The translations under genes were made by a program, and so were the position numbers. The notes beneath the pieces are model-generated. The model was given only the letters and a program-made list of their open reading frames with translations. It made no database searches and was not told the origin of the DNA. Positions 55,790 to 64,000 of a DNA stretch of 64,000 nucleotides are shown in pieces (the first letter of the stretch is position 1; the number at the start of each line of letters is the position of its first letter). Source of the DNA: an uncultured Actinomycetes bacterium. Its GTDB lineage: Bacteria; Actinomycetota; UBA4738; HRBIN12. The stretch is from contig CAVPIB010000001.1 of NCBI GenBank assembly GCA_963704885.1, positions 922,262-986,261 on the forward strand. Reading direction: 5' to 3'.

Positions 55790-55972
55790 ATGGCTGATAC
55801 GAACGGAACCTGCCCAACCTGCCGATCGGGCGACCTCATCTCGATCACCATGACCGTCGCCGGGCGCGAGCTGGCGTTCTCCACCTGTCACCTCTGCGAG
55901 GCGAAGTGGTGGTATCGGGAAGGCAAGCAGGTCCCGCTGCAGTCGGTGATCGGTCTCGTCGTTCAGCAGTAG
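55790..55972 (+). CDS. Small zinc-ribbon-like protein (hypothetical)
   Basis: 60 aa with CPTC...CHLC Cys pairs. Confidence 0.4.
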   Translation: MADTNGTCPTCRSGDLISITMTVAGRELAFSTCHLCEAKWWYREGKQVPLQSVIGLVVQQ

Positions 55973-56013
55973 CTCGGCGGGCCCGCCTGACGGTCGGCGA
56001 GCGCCTCCGTAGG

Positions 56014-57375
56014 ATGCCGCTCGTGAGCGCCACCGATCTGAGTCGCATCTTCAAGGCGTACGACGTACGAGGCGTGGTGCCCGACGAGCTAGACGAGGAG
56101 CTCGCGCGCCGTATCGGAGCCGCGTTCGCCGGATGGACGGGCGCACCCCGGATCCTGATCGGTCGCGACTGCCGGCTGTCGTCGCCCGCGATCGCCTCCG
56201 CGCTCGCTGGGGGCATGACCGCTCGGGGTGCCGACGTCGTCGACCTCGGTTTGGCCTCCACGGATCTCCTCTACTACGCGGCCGGCTCGCTGGATATGCC
56301 CGGCGTGATGATCACAGCCAGCCACAATCCGAAGCAGTACAACGGACTCAAGTTCTGCCTCAGCGGCGCCAGGCCTGTTGGGGAAGAGAGCGGTCTCCAC
56401 GAGATCCGGGCCCTAACCGAGGCAGGTTTCACGCCCGTCGCCGACCCGGGGACCGTGGAGAGACAGGATCTCCTGCCGGCCTTCGTCGAGCACGTGTTGG
56501 GATTCGTCGGATCGGAGATGCGACCGCTCGTCGTGGTGATCGACACCGCGAACGGCATGGGTGGATTGGTGGCGCCGGCCGTCTTCGATCGGCTACCGAT
56601 CACCTTGCACCACCTCTACCCCGAGCTCGACGGCACGTTCCCCAACCATCCCGCCGACCCGATCGATCCGGAGAACCAGCGCGACCTCCGGGCGGCTGTG
56701 CTGGAGCACGGGGCGGACATCGGCCTGGCCTTCGACGGCGACGCGGATCGCGTGTTCCTTGTCGACGAACGAGCCCAGGACGTTAGTGGCTCGCTGGTGA
56801 CGGCCCTCGTAGCTCAGGCGATGCTTCGGCGCGAGCCCGGCGCGGCGATCATCTACAACCTGATCTGCTCGTGGACGGTCCCCGAGGTGATCCGCGAGAA
56901 CGGGGGCACTCCCATCCGCACGCGTGTCGGCCATTCGTTCATCAAGCAGGAGATGGCCGAGACGGGGGCGATCTTCGGCGGAGAGCATTCGGGCCACTAC
57001 TACTTCCGCGAGAACTACCGAGCGGACTCCGGACTGATCGCGGCCGTGCTGGTTCTGGCCCAACTCTCGGAGGCCTCGGTTCCGCTCTCGCAGCTCCTGG
57101 CGCCGTTCCGGCGCTACGTCGCCTCCGGCGAGATCAATTCGAGGGTGGACGACCAGGAGGCGCGCATCGAGGGCGTGGCCGCGGCGCTCGCCGACGGTCT
57201 CCAGGACCGCCTGGACGGCCTGACGGTAGAGTTCGACGACTGGTGGTGCAACGTCCGGGCTTCCAACACCGAGCCGCTGCTCCGCCTGAACGTGGAGGCC
57301 AGGACCGAGGACCTGCTCAGGGAGAAGACGGCCATGGTCCTTGGAGCCATCCGAGGAGAAGGAGAGGACGCGTGA
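56014..57375 (+). CDS. manB: Phosphomannomutase/phosphoglucomutase
   Basis: About 453 aa. Active-site TASHNP, Mg-binding FDGDADR, and GEHSGH sugar-binding loop. Confidence 0.9.
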   Translation: MPLVSATDLSRIFKAYDVRGVVPDELDEELARRIGAAFAGWTGAPRILIGRDCRLSSPAIASALAGGMTARGADVVDLGLASTDLLYYAAGSLDMPGVMITASHNPKQYNGLKFCLSGARPVGEESGLHEIRALTEAGFTPVADPGTVERQDLLPAFVEHVLGFVGSEMRPLVVVIDTANGMGGLVAPAVFDRLPITLHHLYPELDGTFPNHPADPIDPENQRDLRAAVLEHGADIGLAFDGDADRVFLVDERAQDVSGSLVTALVAQAMLRREPGAAIIYNLICSWTVPEVIRENGGTPIRTRVGHSFIKQEMAETGAIFGGEHSGHYYFRENYRADSGLIAAVLVLAQLSEASVPLSQLLAPFRRYVASGEINSRVDDQEARIEGVAAALADGLQDRLDGLTVEFDDWWCNVRASNTEPLLRLNVEARTEDLLREKTAMVLGAIRGEGEDA

Positions 57376-57551
57376 CGCTCGACGCCGAGTTGCTTGAGAT
57401 CTTGGTGTGCCCGAACGATCGAGGCGAGGTGGACTACCTCGAGGACGAGCAGGTGATCGTCTGTCGAACCTGTGGCTACCGGTACCCGGTACGTGACGAC
57501 ATCCCGGTCATGTTGATCGACGAGGCCGAGAAGCCAGCCGTCGGCAGATGA
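57372..57551 (+). CDS. Trm112-family small protein (DUF343)
   Basis: 59 aa. LEILVCPNDRGEVDY...VCRTCGYRYPVRDDIPVML is the Trm112/YcaR pattern. GTGA overlap with manB. Confidence 0.7.
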   Translation: MTLDAELLEILVCPNDRGEVDYLEDEQVIVCRTCGYRYPVRDDIPVMLIDEAEKPAVGR

Positions 57552-58606
57552 CCGACCTCGACGATCCGCACGCGCTCCGACTGGCGGACCCACAAGGGAT
57601 GCTCGACGCCGTCTTGGGGCTCCCGCGTGACTGTCGCTCGGCCTACGACTCCGCCCGCCTTGCCGAGGGGTTGCCGTCGACGCGCGACGTTTCCTCGGTG
57701 ACGTTCTGCGGCATGGGCGGGTCCGCCGTCTCGGGCGACGTGGTGCGCTCGGTCTTCTTGGAGCGTTTGGGTATGCCGGTCGAGGTGAACCGCTCACCTG
57801 TGCTTCCCGAGCACTGCAACTCGCGATCACTCGTCGTGTGCTCGTCGTACTCGGGGAACACCACCGAGACGTTGGCCTCGTTCCGGACCGCGCTCGCTCG
57901 AGGGTGCCGCGTGCTGGTCGTCACCTCGGGGGGGACGATCGGCTATGAGGCCGAGGAGGCGGGCGTCGGGATCGTTCGCGTGCCCCCGGGGTATCAGCCA
58001 CGTGCGGCCCTGGGGCATCTGGGGTTCGCGTCGCTCGGGGCGCTCGAAGCTATGGGGCTCCTGCCGTCGCTCGCGGACGATGTAGCAGAGGCTGTCGGCG
58101 AGATCGAGGCGTTGTTCGCGACGAGCGCCTCCGATGTCCCCTCAGCGATGGATCCCACGAAGGCTCTGGCGATCCGCATAGACGATCGCATCCCTGTCTT
58201 CTGGGGCGCGGACGGCATCGGATCGGTCGCAGCCGCACGATGGAAGACCCAGGTGAACGAGAACGCGAAGCGACCCGCCTTCTGGTCGTCGATGTCCGAG
58301 CTCGATCACAACGAGGTCGTGGGATGGTCGGCGCCGTTCGGAGAGAGGTTCGTGGTGGTCGGACTGCGGCACGAGGGGGAGCATGCGGAGATCCCGGCGC
58401 GCTTCCCGCTCTCGTTCGCTATCGCGCGAGCATCCGGAGCCGCTGTCGAGGAGGTCCACGCCCGCGGCACGTCTGCGCTATCGCGGCTCATGACCCTGAT
58501 CGCTATGGGAGACGTCATGAGCGTCTACCTGGCGCTCGCGAACGACGTGGATCCGACCCCCGTCGCCGTGATCGAGCGCCTGAAGGCGGCGCTGGCGGGA
58601 TCGTGA
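57548..58606 (+). CDS. Bifunctional phosphoglucose/phosphomannose isomerase (SIS domain)
   Basis: 352 aa (FCGMGGSAVSGDVV...VCSSYSGNTTET...). PGI/PMI family, in its usual position downstream of manB. Confidence 0.8.
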   Translation: MTDLDDPHALRLADPQGMLDAVLGLPRDCRSAYDSARLAEGLPSTRDVSSVTFCGMGGSAVSGDVVRSVFLERLGMPVEVNRSPVLPEHCNSRSLVVCSSYSGNTTETLASFRTALARGCRVLVVTSGGTIGYEAEEAGVGIVRVPPGYQPRAALGHLGFASLGALEAMGLLPSLADDVAEAVGEIEALFATSASDVPSAMDPTKALAIRIDDRIPVFWGADGIGSVAAARWKTQVNENAKRPAFWSSMSELDHNEVVGWSAPFGERFVVVGLRHEGEHAEIPARFPLSFAIARASGAAVEEVHARGTSALSRLMTLIAMGDVMSVYLALANDVDPTPVAVIERLKAALAGS

Positions 58607-58610
58607 CCTG

Positions 58611-59453
58611 GTGAGCCCGAACGGTCTTCCCGGTCCCGGAGACGATCTGCCGCAGCGAGCGGCGGGGGTCGTTCGATCCCGCACGGCGATGATCCCTCGG
58701 ATCGGCCTGATCCTGGGATCGGGGCTCGGCCCCGCGCTCGGTCCGTCCTTCGAGGAGGAGGCCTCGTTCGCGTTCGACGAGCTGCCCGGGTTCCCGCCCC
58801 CGGGGGTGCCCGGCCACGCAGGCAGGCTGGCCCTCGGCAGGCTCGCGGGCGTGCCCGTCGCCGCTTACTCAGGCCGCGTGCACTTCTACGAGGGGCACGG
58901 GATGGACGTCCCGGCGCTCCTGCCTCGGCTGGCGCGTGAGTTGGGTGCAGGCACGATGGTGTTGACGGCGGCGGCGGGTGGGGTCGAGCCCGGCCTGGCG
59001 GCCGGAACGGTGGTGGTCTTGACCGATCACCTGAACATGATGGGAACGGCTCCGCTCCGTGCGTGGCGATACCCGGATGGGATGCCGGCGTTTGTTCCCA
59101 TGGGCGATGCGTACGACGAGAACCTGGTGGCGCTGGCGCTCGAGAGAGCCGTGGCGCTCGACGTTGTCGCGGTACCGGGCGTCTACGCGGCGATGTCGGG
59201 ACCGGCGTACGAGACGCGCGCGGAGCTGACGCTCGTGCGACAGGCAGGGGCGACGATCGTGGGCATGTCCGTGGTGCCGGAGGCGCTCCCGGCCCGGGCG
59301 CTGGGCATGCGTGTGCTCGGGCTGAGTATGGTGACGAACGCGTTGGGCGAACCCGTAAGCCACGAAGAAGTAGTGCGCGTCTCGAATGAGACCGCGGTCG
59401 CGGTGGGCAGGCTGTTGGTGGACCTGCTCCCGCGCATCGACGAAGGAGCGTGA
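58611..59453 (+). CDS. punA: Purine nucleoside phosphorylase (PNP/MTAP family I)
   Basis: 280 aa (PRIGLILGSGLG...VVLTDHLN...GMSVVPEA...MVTNA). Confidence 0.85.
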   Translation: MSPNGLPGPGDDLPQRAAGVVRSRTAMIPRIGLILGSGLGPALGPSFEEEASFAFDELPGFPPPGVPGHAGRLALGRLAGVPVAAYSGRVHFYEGHGMDVPALLPRLARELGAGTMVLTAAAGGVEPGLAAGTVVVLTDHLNMMGTAPLRAWRYPDGMPAFVPMGDAYDENLVALALERAVALDVVAVPGVYAAMSGPAYETRAELTLVRQAGATIVGMSVVPEALPARALGMRVLGLSMVTNALGEPVSHEEVVRVSNETAVAVGRLLVDLLPRIDEGA

Positions 59454-59456
59454 ATC

Positions 59457-60713
59457 ATGGGATGCGACGTGAAGGATATGGGGTTGGCGACCACCGGGCG
59501 TGAGCGGATCGAATGGGCGGCGGGCGAGATGCCGGTGCTCGCCCTGATCCGCGAGCGGTTCGAGAAGGAACGTCCGCTGGACGGGATCAGGATCGCCGCC
59601 TGCCTCCACGTCACCACCGAGACCGCGAACCTGATGGAGACGCTCGCGGCCGGGGGCGCGGAGGTGGCGCTCTGCGCCTCGAACCCGCTCTCGACCCAGG
59701 ATGATGTAGCGGCCGCGCTCTGCGAGCAGAGCGGGATCGCCACCTTCGCGGTGAAGGGTGAGGACACAGAGACGTTCTTCCGCCATATCAACGAGGTGCT
59801 GGACACGCACCCGCACATCACCATGGATGACGGCGCCGACATGGTGAGCGTCCTTCACAAGGAGCGCGCGGATCAGATCGCCGAGATCATCGGCGGGACC
59901 GAGGAGACGACCACCGGCGTGATCCGCCTGCGGGCGATGGCCGCCGACGGCGCCTTGAAGTACGCGATCGTCTCCGTGAACGATGCCGATACGAAGCATC
60001 TGTTCGACAACCGGTTCGGCACGGGGCAGTCCACCATCGACGCCATCATGCGCTCGACCAACAGGTTGCTGGCCGGGCGAACCTTGGTCGTGTGCGGCTA
60101 CGGGATGTGCGGGCGCGGGGTGGCCTCGCGGGCGAGCGGGATGGGTGCGCACGTCGTGGTCACCGAGGTCGATCCCACCAGCGCGCTCGAGGCGGTCATG
60201 GAGGGGTACCGCGTGATGCCGATTCGCGACGCCGCCCGCGTGGGGGACGTGTTCGTGACGGTGACCGGCGACACCAGCGTGATCCGAGGCGAGCACATGG
60301 AGCTGATGAAGGACGGCGCCATCCTGGCGAACTCCGGGCACTTCGACGTGGAGATCGACAAGGCAGCTCTGGCGGGGCTGGCCGTCCGTACACGACGGAT
60401 CCGGGAGTTCGTCGACGAGTACACCATGGCGGACGGGCGACGCCTGCATCTGTTGGGTGAGGGACGTTTGGTGAACCTCTCCGCCGCGGAGGGTCATCCG
60501 GCGGCGGTGATGGACATGTCGTTCGCGAATCAGGCTCTTGCCGTCGAGTGGGTCGTGAAGCAACATGAGGAGCTGGGACCTGAGGTCTATCCGGTGCCGG
60601 TCGAGATCGACAAGGATGTTGCCCGGCTGAAGTTGCGCGCGATGGGCGTCGAGATAGACACGCTCACGGCGGAGCAGGACTCCTACCTGCACTCGTGGCA
60701 GCAGGGGACGTGA
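59457..60713 (+). CDS. ahcY: Adenosylhomocysteinase
   Basis: 418 aa with an NAD-binding region ([13 protein letters not shown]) and catalytic blocks (HFDVEID, GRLVNL). Confidence 0.95.
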   Translation: MGCDVKDMGLATTGRERIEWAAGEMPVLALIRERFEKERPLDGIRIAACLHVTTETANLMETLAAGGAEVALCASNPLSTQDDVAAALCEQSGIATFAVKGEDTETFFRHINEVLDTHPHITMDDGADMVSVLHKERADQIAEIIGGTEETTTGVIRLRAMAADGALKYAIVSVNDADTKHLFDNRFGTGQSTIDAIMRSTNRLLAGRTLVVCGYGMCGRGVASRASGMGAHVVVTEVDPTSALEAVMEGYRVMPIRDAARVGDVFVTVTGDTSVIRGEHMELMKDGAILANSGHFDVEIDKAALAGLAVRTRRIREFVDEYTMADGRRLHLLGEGRLVNLSAAEGHPAAVMDMSFANQALAVEWVVKQHEELGPEVYPVPVEIDKDVARLKLRAMGVEIDTLTAEQDSYLHSWQQGT

Positions 60714-60727
60714 GCGAGACCGGATCC

Positions 60728-61363
60728 ATGGAAGAGCGGGTATCCATCCGAGCGCATTTCGAGCGGTTCCCCGCCACCATCAAGGGTGCGTTCGTCTTGC
60801 GTGGGGCCGATCGCGATCCTCACCAGGTCCGGATCGACTCCGCAAGGGTGCGCGAGATCTCGGGCCGAGGAGGTCTGCCGATCGACCTGGATACCGTAAC
60901 GCTGGACGTGGCGCCCAACCTCGACCTGTTCGTCCCGTTCGAGTTCGCGATCACGGAGCTCAAGGCTGGGTGGTACGGGCTGGAGTGCGATGTGGCGATC
61001 GACGGCGTGCCGACCAACGTTCGGCCGCCCAAGCGGTTCGCCGTGCCTTGGCCCCGCGGTTCGGTGCGGCGGGGCAACGTGAGCGTGAACCGGTCGGTAC
61101 AGGTGGAAGGCGGGCCGAAGGTCCGCGTGGAACAGGTGGAATGTGGCGGCGATTCCATCCGGATGTCGTACTCGGTCACTCCGGCGGAGCCGGTCGTGAT
61201 CCGATTGAGCGGCGACGGAGCTCCCGTTCCGGTCCTGGAGACGGAGCTCCAGGAGGAGGACGGACGCGGACGCCTGACCGCCTACCCCCTGCTCCGCACG
61301 CAGTCTCGTCTGGAGATAGACGTGAAGGGCGCCCCCGCACCGCTGGACGTTCGTCTGCCCTAG
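60728..61363 (+). CDS. Hypothetical protein
   Basis: About 211 aa from MEERVSIRAHF, no recognizable domain. It sits between ahcY and comF. Confidence 0.45.
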   Translation: MEERVSIRAHFERFPATIKGAFVLRGADRDPHQVRIDSARVREISGRGGLPIDLDTVTLDVAPNLDLFVPFEFAITELKAGWYGLECDVAIDGVPTNVRPPKRFAVPWPRGSVRRGNVSVNRSVQVEGGPKVRVEQVECGGDSIRMSYSVTPAEPVVIRLSGDGAPVPVLETELQEEDGRGRLTAYPLLRTQSRLEIDVKGAPAPLDVRLP

Positions 61364-61400
61364 CTCAGGCGGTGTCGTTACCTGGCGCTAGCGTCGTCTG

Positions 61401-62135
61401 GTGGTGGCCAGGGCGCTCGACGTGGTCTTCCCGCCTCGATGCGCCGGCTGCGCGCGGGGCGCCTGGCCGTTCTGTCGACCCTGCAACTCCGCGCTCGTGC
61501 CGCTGTTGCCGCCGTGGTGTGGGCGATGCGGCCGTCCGCGTCCGGATGAAGTGGAGAGCTGTCGCGAGTGCCCACCCTCGCCTCTGGCGGGGGCCCGTGC
61601 CCCGTTCCTGTACGCCGGTCCCGCTCGCGCGGCGATCATCCGCCTGAAGTTCTCCGGATGGCGGAGCGTGGCAGCTGCGCTGGCCGACGCGATGGTCGCC
61701 GTCGGGCCGCCACCGGCCGACGCCGTCACCTGGGTTCCGCTCGCGCGTCGGCGACTGGCCGAACGCGGGTACGACCAGGCTCGAGCCCTCGCAGTGGCGG
61801 TTGGCGCGCGACTCCACCTGCCGGTCGTTCGCCTCGCGCGCCGAGTGCTTGCCACAGACCCGCAGGCCATGCGCACCGGAGGGCAACGACGGGTTGCCAT
61901 GAAGGGGGCCTTCCGACCCACGCGCCTCCCGGCGCCCGAGACGGTGCTCCTGATCGACGACGTGCTCACCACCGGCGCCACCGCTGCCGCTTGCGCTGAA
62001 GCCATGGTCGGAGCGGGTGCGCGCCGGGTGACGTTGCTTACCGCGGCGCGCGCGTTCGCCCGTCCCGAGGGGTCTGGCTATACTCGGCTGGGCTCTCAAC
62101 CGGGTCTGTGGTTGCCCGGGGATCTTCCCCGGTAG
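61401..62135 (+). CDS. comF: ComF-family protein (phosphoribosyltransferase domain)
   Basis: 244 aa. N-terminal Cys-rich zinc-finger-like segment (PPRCAGC...CGRCGRP...CREC) and a C-terminal PRTase motif (VLLIDDVLTTGAT). Confidence 0.8.
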   Translation: MVARALDVVFPPRCAGCARGAWPFCRPCNSALVPLLPPWCGRCGRPRPDEVESCRECPPSPLAGARAPFLYAGPARAAIIRLKFSGWRSVAAALADAMVAVGPPPADAVTWVPLARRRLAERGYDQARALAVAVGARLHLPVVRLARRVLATDPQAMRTGGQRRVAMKGAFRPTRLPAPETVLLIDDVLTTGATAAACAEAMVGAGARRVTLLTAARAFARPEGSGYTRLGSQPGLWLPGDLPR

Positions 62136-62361
62136 TCGACGCCAGCCGCGGGCGAAACGACCCACGTAAGGCGACCATTGGTCGGCCGAGCATGGCGCGG
62201 TTTAGATGTAAGTCCTGCCTCGGGCCGGGTGACCGGACCGGGAGAAGGTGCTAAGCCGTTCCTTCGGGGGCGGCGACCCCCTCCGCAGGCGGGTGTGGGG
62301 GCAAAGACCAGGTCAGCCGGGAGGGAGCCCACCCGGAGCGAAAGGGGGCGAAGCTACAGGG

Positions 62362-62757
62362 ATGGATCTGACCTTCACGGGCCGCGGGCTCGCGCTCACC
62401 GACGAGGTTCGGGAGATCGCCGAGCACAAGCTCTCGCACCTCGCCCGGCTAGAGCCGCGGACGACGCGGGTGGATCTGGAGTTCATCGCCGAACATCACC
62501 CGAGGATCGACGGGACCACGCGCGTGGAGGCCGCACTCTTCGTGCCTCGCAAGACGTTCCGGGCCGAGGCCGAGGCCGAGGACGTCCCGACCGCGCTCGA
62601 CCGGGTAGCTGAGCGCCTCGACCGGCAGATCAGGGATTACCACGGCCGCCGCAAGAAGCGGGCGGCCCGCAAGGATGCACTAGAATCCGCGCGCCCGAGG
62701 CCCCAGACTGCCGATACAACGGGGGAGCAGACCGGAGAGGATCTGGGGGGACAGTGA
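62362..62757 (+). CDS. hpf: Ribosome hibernation promoting factor (short HPF/RaiA)
   Basis: 131 aa with RBS aaaggggg. MDLTFTGRGLALTDEVREIAEHKL...IDGTTRVEAALFV is the S30AE family pattern. Confidence 0.85.
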   Translation: MDLTFTGRGLALTDEVREIAEHKLSHLARLEPRTTRVDLEFIAEHHPRIDGTTRVEAALFVPRKTFRAEAEAEDVPTALDRVAERLDRQIRDYHGRRKKRAARKDALESARPRPQTADTTGEQTGEDLGGQ

Positions 62758-63443
62758 CGTCCAAGGGCGAGAATGGAACGGCTGAGCGGCTCCGAGTGAT
62801 GGTGGTGGACGATCACGCCTTGTTCCGAAGGGGCCTGGAGATGGTCCTTCAGGGAGAGGAAGACCTGGAGCTGGTCGGTGAAGCCTCCGACGGAGCCGAG
62901 GCGGTCGACAGGGCCACCGAGCTGATGCCCGACGTGGTGCTCATGGACGTACGGATGCCCAAGCGCTCCGGTATCGAGGCCGCAGGTCAGATCAAGGACC
63001 TGCTGCCGCATGTGAAGATCCTGATGCTCACGATCAGCGACGAGGAGGCGGACCTCTACGACGCGATCAAAGCGGGGGCCTCGGGATACCTCCTCAAGGA
63101 GATCCCGATCGAGGAGGTAGCCGACGCCATCCGCTCCGTCTGGGCGGGGCAATCGCGGATCTCACCCTCGATGGCCTCCAAGCTCCTGACCGAGTTCGCC
63201 GCCATGTCCAAGGCTTCCGACGAACGCCCGCAGATGCCGGCGCCGCGGCTCACGGATCGCGAGATGGAGGTCCTGCGACTCGTCGCGCAGGGCCTGAACA
63301 ACCGCGACATCGCCAAGGAGCTGTTCATCTCAGAGAACACGGTCAAGAACCACATCCGCAACATCCTGGAGAAGCTCCACCTGCACTCGCGGATGGAGGC
63401 GGTCGTCTACGCCGTCCGCGAGAAGATGATCGAGATCAGCTGA
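62754..63443 (+). CDS. NarL/LuxR-family response regulator
   Basis: 229 aa with REC (VMVVDDHALFRRGL...VVLMDVRMP) plus a LuxR HTH (LTDREMEVLRLVAQGLNNRDIAKELFISENTVKNHIRNIL). Overlaps the hpf stop. Confidence 0.85.
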   Translation: MTSKGENGTAERLRVMVVDDHALFRRGLEMVLQGEEDLELVGEASDGAEAVDRATELMPDVVLMDVRMPKRSGIEAAGQIKDLLPHVKILMLTISDEEADLYDAIKAGASGYLLKEIPIEEVADAIRSVWAGQSRISPSMASKLLTEFAAMSKASDERPQMPAPRLTDREMEVLRLVAQGLNNRDIAKELFISENTVKNHIRNILEKLHLHSRMEAVVYAVREKMIEIS

Positions 63444-63465
63444 ACGTGTTGGAGGCGGGGGATAG

Positions 63466-63924
63466 GTGACTGTGAGCGATCCCACGCTCGAAGCCGCACG
63501 CAGCATCGTGGACGAGTCGTTGGACGCGATGCGCGCCGCGATAACCGGAGCGTCGGCCGACGCATTGAACGGTCGCCCTGCCGGCGACGACTCGAACCCC
63601 ATCGCGGTGTTGGTCGTGCACGCGCTGAGCAGCACGCGCTGGTGGTTGAGCGTGGCCTTGGGTCAGCCGGTCCCCGAGCGGGACCGCCCGGCCGAGTTCC
63701 TCACGACGGTGGCTAGCGCCGATGAGCTGCTCGGATCGTTCGATCCGATCGCCGCCGACTGCCGGGCGTTGTTGAGCACCGATGTTGCGTTCGACCCAGG
63801 AGCGATCCGCGAGGACCCACGCGACGGCGACAAGGTGACGGCGGCGTGGGCGCTCATCCACGCGGTGGAGCACCTACGCGAGCACGTCGGTCACGCGGAG
63901 CTCACCCGTCAGCTGCTCGGATGA
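63466..63924 (+). CDS. DinB/YfiT-like family protein
   Basis: 152 aa. Spaced His residues (VVHAL...HAVEHLREHVGH) fit the DinB_2 metal-binding four-helix-bundle pattern. Confidence 0.55.
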   Translation: MTVSDPTLEAARSIVDESLDAMRAAITGASADALNGRPAGDDSNPIAVLVVHALSSTRWWLSVALGQPVPERDRPAEFLTTVASADELLGSFDPIAADCRALLSTDVAFDPGAIREDPRDGDKVTAAWALIHAVEHLREHVGHAELTRQLLG

Positions 63925-64000
63925 CCGGGGCCGCTCCGAGGCTTGAACCGCTCGGCCGATAGAATCGAAGGACCCACTGACCCGAACCTCCCCTTGGAAA

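Overview
This is a high-GC (about 70%) actinobacterial chromosomal window with dense coding on both strands. Going 5' to 3', it contains: (1) A DUF222 HNH endonuclease. (2) A minus-strand DNA-end-processing cluster: a NurA-like candidate, a small opposite-strand DUF1918 gene, then herA, sbcD and sbcC. (3) An unusual 1057-aa membrane-anchored coiled-coil protein ending in a degenerate histidine-kinase-like module. (4) An AhpD-like gene with an in-frame TGA at the catalytic CxxC position and a SECIS-like hairpin directly downstream, a strong selenoprotein candidate. (5) Aconitase, followed by a DosR/DevR-like dormancy island: a DosR-like regulator, a GAF sensor kinase, Hsp20, a CBS/BON protein, a USP, a ferric-reductase-like transmembrane protein with ApbE, and a cupredoxin plus two-domain multicopper-oxidase fusion. 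(6) A cell-wall glycopolymer locus: LCP, rmlA/B/D, several GT4 genes, a Wzm/Wzt ABC exporter, a GT2 and manC. (7) A region syntenic with the mycobacterial whiB2 locus: SpoIID/LytB, two DUF3105 genes, an NCS2 permease, cofE/cofD/fbiC (F420 synthesis), whiB, a KA-repeat histone-like protein, a large GT2-membrane fusion, an L,D-transpeptidase, DUF3499, manB, Trm112, a SIS PGI/PMI, PNP, ahcY, comF, hpf and a response regulator. No rRNA, tRNA, CRISPR array or clear mobile element was found. Many long overlapping ORFs in the six-frame track are antisense or alternate-frame artefacts of the GC-rich sequence. Displayed coordinates and track coordinates disagree by 1 nt in a few places, so boundaries are given to about 1 nt.
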